Assembly: GCA_964016885.1 (NCBI GenBank)
Contig: OZ024747.1
Span: 15,376,001-15,440,000 of the forward strand
Origin: Eledone cirrhosa
Lineage: Eukaryota
Length of the DNA: 64,000 nt
Direction: 5' to 3'
Part shown: one piece after another, positions 57,468 to 64,000 of the stretch
How the letters are laid out: each line of letters opens with the position of its first letter
Numbering within the stretch: the first letter of the stretch is position 1
Notes under the pieces: model-generated
Databases searched by the model: none
The model's input: only the letters and a program-made list of their open reading frames with translations
What the model was told of the DNA's origin: nothing
Program-made: the position numbers and the translations under genes

Positions 57468-58932
57468 AAATATATACATACCTAAACGTATATTATATGT
57501 ATGTATATATGTATATAATGTTTGTTTATAAAATTATAACACACACGCAAAATCACACATATATAGTCATTCATACTTGCGTGCATATATACAGTCATGT
57601 GTGTGTATTCGCTTGAATAACTACATATGTGTTCATTAATCTATAAGTAGAAATACAATCATGTCAGAATAAATGTATGTGTGATTATTTAGACCAAAGA
57701 AATTAGTTCCAACTTGCGAGACAAGTTGAACCACTTTATGGATTTGATGTAGTTTCAGTTTTGTAATATGAAACCTTGTTCCATGTTTTGCTATGTGAAT
57801 GAAAATAAATCCTGAGACAATTCATACTTTTTGACTTAATATTAGGTCATTAGGTGCAAATCTAAAATACCGTGGTTTTCTCAATGTTTGTGGTTATTTC
57901 AATGTTTGCTGTTGATGTTCTGACGTTATTAGTTTAGCGTCTAGCAACACCCTTTAAACGTATTCCTCTGATTGTGACAATCAATCCCCCACCTTCCCCT
58001 CTCTCTCACTCTCTCACTTCCCCCCTCTCTCTCTCTCTGTTCCCCCTCTCGCTTTCTTAATCTTCCTATACCTCTGTTTGATCCACTCTCATTCTCTTGT
58101 ATTCACTGCGTTCAGATTACAATCATAAGGTTCTGAGTTCGATTCACTGACCAATATATGCATCGTCTCCTTCAGCAAGAACTTTTTCGTGTTAAGTGAA
58201 TAATATTAAATGACCAAGCAATGAGAAACATTTGTGACCTTATGAAGTAAAACACGAGGAAAATCCTATAACGAAATATACTGTAAAGCGTCATAACCCT
58301 CAGGAGACGACATGGCCGATCTATCGGCCAAATAATGCAAACCTCAAGATTAGCTGGTATTGGCTGGTATTTGTATTAGTTAATCAGATTGCTTCTTGCA
58401 TATCTGGGTCTTTCAATGGCAGCTTTGATGATAGTTTGCTTTGTTCTGCGAATTATTTATCACGCACTTTATTTTTTTAATGTTTTTTTGAAAAATAAGT
58501 GCATGCCTTCTATAGGGCTTGTAAAAAGGGCTCCTTCTCAACAAAGACCCTATGGTCAGTTAATGCAAATGAGTGTAATGCGGAGACTGCAGATATCATT
58601 TACAAGGTCACGAATTCCATTTAGTGGAGGGCCTATCTTCAAAATTAAACAGAACTGTTACTAAATTAATGAACTATATATTATATTATATAAAGGATGC
58701 CATGCTCATTGTATTAGACAATTAGGTATGACACACAGACGGTTCGTCGACAGAAAATTAGAAAACCTTCTGAGTGAACATATACAGAGTTGCGAAGAGT
58801 GATTTATAACACAAATGACTCTGTTTTCTCATTTTCACTGTGTTGTGATTCTGAACCGGAAGAGCAACGGATAAAGAAATATATTATAAAATCAAATAGA
58901 GACTAAAATGCACACACCTTATATATAGGCGC

Positions 58933-58976
<44 letters not shown>

Positions 58977-58977
<1 letters not shown>

Positions 58978-59843
58978 TAGCAGAAGTACCCGGCGTTGCC
59001 CGCGTGTAAGTCGACCTTTGGTCTGTTAGAATGTGTGAAAGTTACTTCCCGCGCATCACAGGTTCAAAACTTCGAACTTCAATGAAAACAAATAGGTTAG
59101 TAGACACAGGTGTGTAATTTATTAATTGTAGTTACACAGTGTATCGTTGAAATTGTTCTCTGCACGACTGACGGAAGTCAAAATCGCTTGATATTTGAAT
59201 GTTCAGTTAATTTAAAGTTACTCACTTCCTGTGCAAAAGACTGTATTATAAATTAAGTAATTTTTTAGAATCTTTTGTTTAAAAAGGGAAAACATTGGTA
59301 CGGACGCAACATTTTTTACAACTTTGTATGTGTACAATACAACTTGGTCAACGTATTATTTAGTAATTATTTTTTTCAAAAAGCATGATTATTTAAGACT
59401 GTTTGAAAATTTACTCACAGCTTTTAGCATCACAAAAGACACCATTAAATTTGGTTCCCATTTCAGATAGGGATAATACTGTATTTCCACTTGAATAAGG
59501 TGGAATATGAAAAGATAAACTCTTTAATGGTCGGTCGTTTACTGAGACAGCTGGGAAGACATGCAGCTGGCCGTCCAATCAATAACGCACGTCCTTATAT
59601 GGGCATATAAAATTTATTTTTATTGCGCCAGATGTAAACTAAGAGTACTTGTGTTCGAATTCACATAAAATTTCATTGGAATCGAAAAACATTCTGTCAT
59701 AGGGCCCGATTATCGATTTTTCGAAAATTTCAAGTAGCCTATTCCACTCCACGCGTTGAGTTTTATATATGTGTGAGGTTTCATGAAAATTGGATGAACG
59801 GTGTAGCATGCAAGTTCGGAACACCAAACAATGTCCATCTTCC

Positions 59844-59850
<7 letters not shown>
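58977..59850 (-). mobile_element. Non-autonomous Helitron
   Basis: Minus-strand 3' end hairpin CGCGGGCAACGCCGGG followed by CTAG|T; 5' end merges into TATATAAAGGG. Confidence 0.75.
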
Positions 59851-59923
<73 letters not shown>

Positions 59924-59925
59924 TC

Positions 59926-60541
59926 AGCGAGAATCGCATTTCGGCGGGTAGAAAAAGTGAAACGAAACGCAAAATTGTAGTTATGTTGGCAAGCGCTCCA
60001 ATAGTTAAAAAACTAGAGCTAAACAATATGTTAAAAAACCATACGAACTGAAAAAGTGGTCAAGAAGGCATTAACCACCTAAGCCAAAAAACAAATCAAG
60101 CTAAACAGGTCAAACAAAATAAATGATAAATAGAGACCTGGACCCAATGGAATTGATGGTAAAATCCAAATGCAGGGATTCTATGACACCTAAATCAATA
60201 ATATTGTATAATGATCGAACAACGAATATCACCTTATCAACAGGTATATTGCTCTGCACCAACTTTGTGAATAACGAAGAACTTTGTAAAAGTACATGTG
60301 TAATTTACAAGGGGAAAAAACCCAGATGTTGGCAAATGAATTCAGTATGTCTATATTAAAGAATTGCATAAATAGAACAAATCGAATAAGCACTCAACCA
60401 GGTAGTGTTTAAAATAAACTCATGCAATTAATCTGTTAATAGAATTATTAACAGGTTAATTGTAAGACTCGGGAGATTAATACAAATAAATATTAAGCGA
60501 GAATCGCATTTCGGCGGGTAGAAAAAGTGAAACGAAACGCA
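59926..60541. mobile_element. Element with 46-bp perfect direct repeats next to (TA)n
   Basis: AGCGAGAATCGCATTTCGGCGGGTAGAAAAAGTGAAACGAAACGCA at ~59926 and ~60496; interior related to 49750-50125. Confidence 0.7.
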
Positions 60542-60692
60542 GACAACCTCAGTTTTATATATATATATATACGACAGGCATATATATATTTATATACGAC
60601 AGACAGATATATATATACGTCAGACAGATATATATATATACGACAGACAGATATATATATACGACAGATATATATATATATATACGACTGAC

Positions 60693-60744
<52 letters not shown>

Positions 60745-60758
60745 GACAGACAACCTCA

Positions 60759-60789
<31 letters not shown>

Positions 60790-60801
<12 letters not shown>

Positions 60802-61692
60802 CTGAGGTTGTCACTCTGTCTGTCTACTAAATCCGTCGGCACACATCTCCTCCTAAACCGTACGTTCAAATTTCGGTGAAATTGCTACACTTATAGATGC
60901 AGGTCCGGCGGAGACATCGGTCAAAAAAACCTTCAAATCGACCCAAGTGCAAAAATATAATTTGTAATGTAATGATTTTTCAGTTCAAATGTATAAATAG
61001 AGATGAGAGACGAGTTATTTCCCTTTTATGGCGTCATTTGCTTATCTATTTATGTTACGTATAAACGACGCGGTGGACCGAGAAGAACAATTTCATGCAA
61101 AGACAACACTAAGTAAATATTCTATTTAAAATAACCGAATGATTTCCAGCCCCGGAGTTTAAGAATGATGTAAATAAAATTGTAAACAAAAATGACAGGT
61201 TATTAAAATAGTTGTTTCTACTTTTGGCACAAGGCCATAATTAACCAGTACATTACTGGTACTTTATTTTATCGACCCCGTAAGGATGAAAGGCAAAGTT
61301 AAGCTCGACGGGATTTTAACTTTGCTTTAACATAGTAAAAGTAAATAGTGAAGATTTAAGCCAGTACATACGTATGCGCAGAGAACATACACATACATAT
61401 ACATACTCACACAGAAATACATGCACGCACACACACACCCACAAACACACACGCACACACACACACACACACACGTAGTCCTGGAGTTTAAGAATGATGT
61501 ATATAAAATTGTAAACGAAAATGACAGGTTAGTAAAATAGTTGTTTCTACTTTTGGCACAAGGCCAGCAATTCACCAGTACATTACTGGTAATTTATTTT
61601 ATCGACCCCGTAAGGATGAAAGCCAAAGTTAACAATATTTCAGCGCATCAGCCTCGCCATCACCCGAGGCAACGCTGCGAGTGTGCTGGCTT
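60790..61692 (+). mobile_element. Probable non-autonomous Helitron with captured repeat cargo
   Basis: 5' TATATAAAAAACTGAGGTTGTC...CTGTCTGTCT start; degenerate 3' hairpin CCCGAGGCAACGCTGCG at ~61662; interior holds pLTR-SINE chimeras. Confidence 0.45.
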
Positions 61693-62184
61693 GCCTCAAA
61701 ATTAGAGAGGTTGCCCAGTACTCGCGACGTTATTGTCTTGTGCTCTGGTGTAGGCTCCGTTATTCACCCCTTCATTTACATTTTCTTTAATATTGTAGCA
61801 TTGAAGGAATATATCTTTCATTGTATCATTCTTTGTAATGTTACCGAGGCGTTTGTAATGTTATTTATGTATATATTTAAAACATATTTGTTATTCTACT
61901 GTAAATTTATTTATATGTTCTGTTTATATTTTCATTCTCACTGTCCTCAAAAATCTATGAAACTACATACATGTTGCAACTCTCTCTATATATATATCAC
62001 ACATACACACATATACATATACATCTAAAGAGAGAAAGGGAGATGTAGAGAGAGAGAGAGAGAGCCAGATAGGTCGTTATACAGAGAGAGAGGTACAAGA
62101 TAATCAGATAGAAAGACAGAGAGAGAGAGAGAATGCCGACGAACGCTGGTTCACACACACGCAAACACATATATATATAAAGAC

Positions 62185-62279
<95 letters not shown>

Positions 62280-62890
62280 TGAGTGAGAGAGAGAGAGGGA
62301 AAAGAGAGAGAGAGAGAGAGGGTATGAGCAAAAAGGGAGAGGGGTTGAGAAAGAAAGAAAGTTTATGCAAAGAATCGCCGCTTTCAACATTAACGGGATC
62401 TTCTTAAAATAATAAATTCAATCTGTTATCGCAGAATTACAGGAATACGATATTTTGGTTCTTGAAGACGTTCCCTGGCAATGAACGGAAAAATAGCGAG
62501 GATAATACGTCGTTATGTGGACCGGAAAGAACAATTTCATGCAAAGACAAGACCAAGTTTATGGTATAAATGGAGTTGTTAGACTAATATTCTATTTAAA
62601 ATAACCGAATGAATTCCAGCCCCGGAGTTTAAGAATGATGTAAATAAAATTGTAAACGAAAATGACAGAGGTTATTAAAATAGTTGTTTCTACTTTTGGC
62701 ACAAAGCCAGCAATTAACCAGTACATTACTGGTACTATATTTTATCGACCCCGTAAGGATGAAAGGCAAAGTTAAGCTCGACGGGATTTTAACTTTGCCT
62801 TAAAATAGTAAAACTAAATAGTGAAGATTTAGGGCAGTACATACGTATGCGCCGACGGACATACACATAGATATACATACGCACACACAA
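61075..62890. repeat. Local duplication of a pLTR-fragment/half-SINE chimera
   Basis: 61075-61410 matches 62518-62885; partial third copy 61480-61633. Confidence 0.85.
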
Positions 62891-62959
62891 ATACATACAC
62901 ACACACAAACAGACACACACATACATACACACACACACTCACACACACTCACACACACG

Positions 62960-63403
62960 TGTGTGTGTGTGTAAACATTATCCATTTCTACAGTATTTTC
63001 ACCAAACTTAAGACATAGGTTACTTATGTACTCCGGATGGTCATGGGCACTTTCATTTTTCCAGATATTGATTATAGGGCCGCCCAGCAGATAACCCCCT
63101 GTAACCACTTCCTTGGAGTCGACTGAAGCACTGCAGTGCAATGCAACAAAACGTCATAACCTCTGGTGTTCACAACCGATTTTCTCAAAACTTGACACAT
63201 GGGCTACATTTGTTCTACAGATGAATGTGAACTCTCAGAATTGGCACATATTGAGTAGGGGACTCCTGGGGGAAGGAACCTCCTTTTAGAAAAACCCGAG
63301 GATTTTTTAAAAGTATAGTTTTCGAAACAGCATTGAAGTATAGGCATTAATGGTATACATAACTGCTATTTAATACCCGAGCTAAGCCGGGTACCTCTGA
63401 TAG
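62960..63403 (+). mobile_element. Helitron-like 3' portion
   Basis: Hairpin ACCCGAGC-TAA-GCCGGGT followed 8 nt later by ATAG|T; 5' boundary uncertain. Confidence 0.55.
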
Positions 63404-63531
63404 TATATATATATAGTAATAATAATAAATGTGAAAACTAAAATCCAAAGAGGGCTCGATAAGGATAAATATATATGAAATATATAAGTACCCTAGAGCA
63501 AATATTTTATATATATATATAAAATGTTTGC

Positions 63532-63563
<32 letters not shown>

Positions 63564-63581
63564 TATATATATATAGGAAAA

Positions 63582-63614
<33 letters not shown>

Positions 63615-63839
63615 CTGTTATTTTAATATATATATATATAAAATATTTCCTATATATATATATATATAGGAAAAGTATGTATATATATAACAATTATAAG
63701 AATATTTGTTTCGACACACTATTTCATATCAAAAACCTCGCAAAACTAATTCATCGCCGTTATATATATATATATATATAGGAAAAGAGTCAGAATCCCG
63801 ACGGCTGAGCTCCGGCCGTTTTGACTGCTAGATCCGAAC

Positions 63840-63944
<105 letters not shown>

Positions 63945-64000
63945 CGTGCGTGTTTCAAATACTCTTTCATTGATTTTGAATTACAGTCTTGATTGTTGCT

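Overview
AT-rich, microsatellite-saturated eukaryotic DNA with no recognisable host protein-coding gene. The repeat repertoire looks like an octopod cephalopod genome; that is my inference from the SINE families, not a database match. Most long ORFs in the track are (TA)n/(TG)n/(CT)n read-throughs. Supportable content: about 20 copies of a tRNA-derived SINE; decayed LINEs (RTE with three C-terminal C2H2 fingers, R4/Dong-like, Tx1/L1-like, CR1); non-autonomous Helitrons; piggyBac- and Tc1/mariner-type MITEs; and two 5'-truncated Penelope-like (Neptune-type) elements with GIY-YIG domains. The most striking signal is a dense set of mostly unrelated foldback (head-to-head inverted) elements, nearly all embedded in (TA)n. 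Most carry a hammerhead-ribozyme core (CUGANGA/stem II/GAAA) pointing outward in the arms, and only one arm continues into a 60-170 nt 3' extension. Across several families that extension begins with the same covarying helix, RCTC...GAGY(GCT). Hammerheads and inverted pseudo-LTRs in Penelope-like elements are established. The shared 3' motif, the consistent arm asymmetry and the natural core variants (U3-A8, long stem II) are what deserve testing. Coordinates were read by eye and may be a few bases off.
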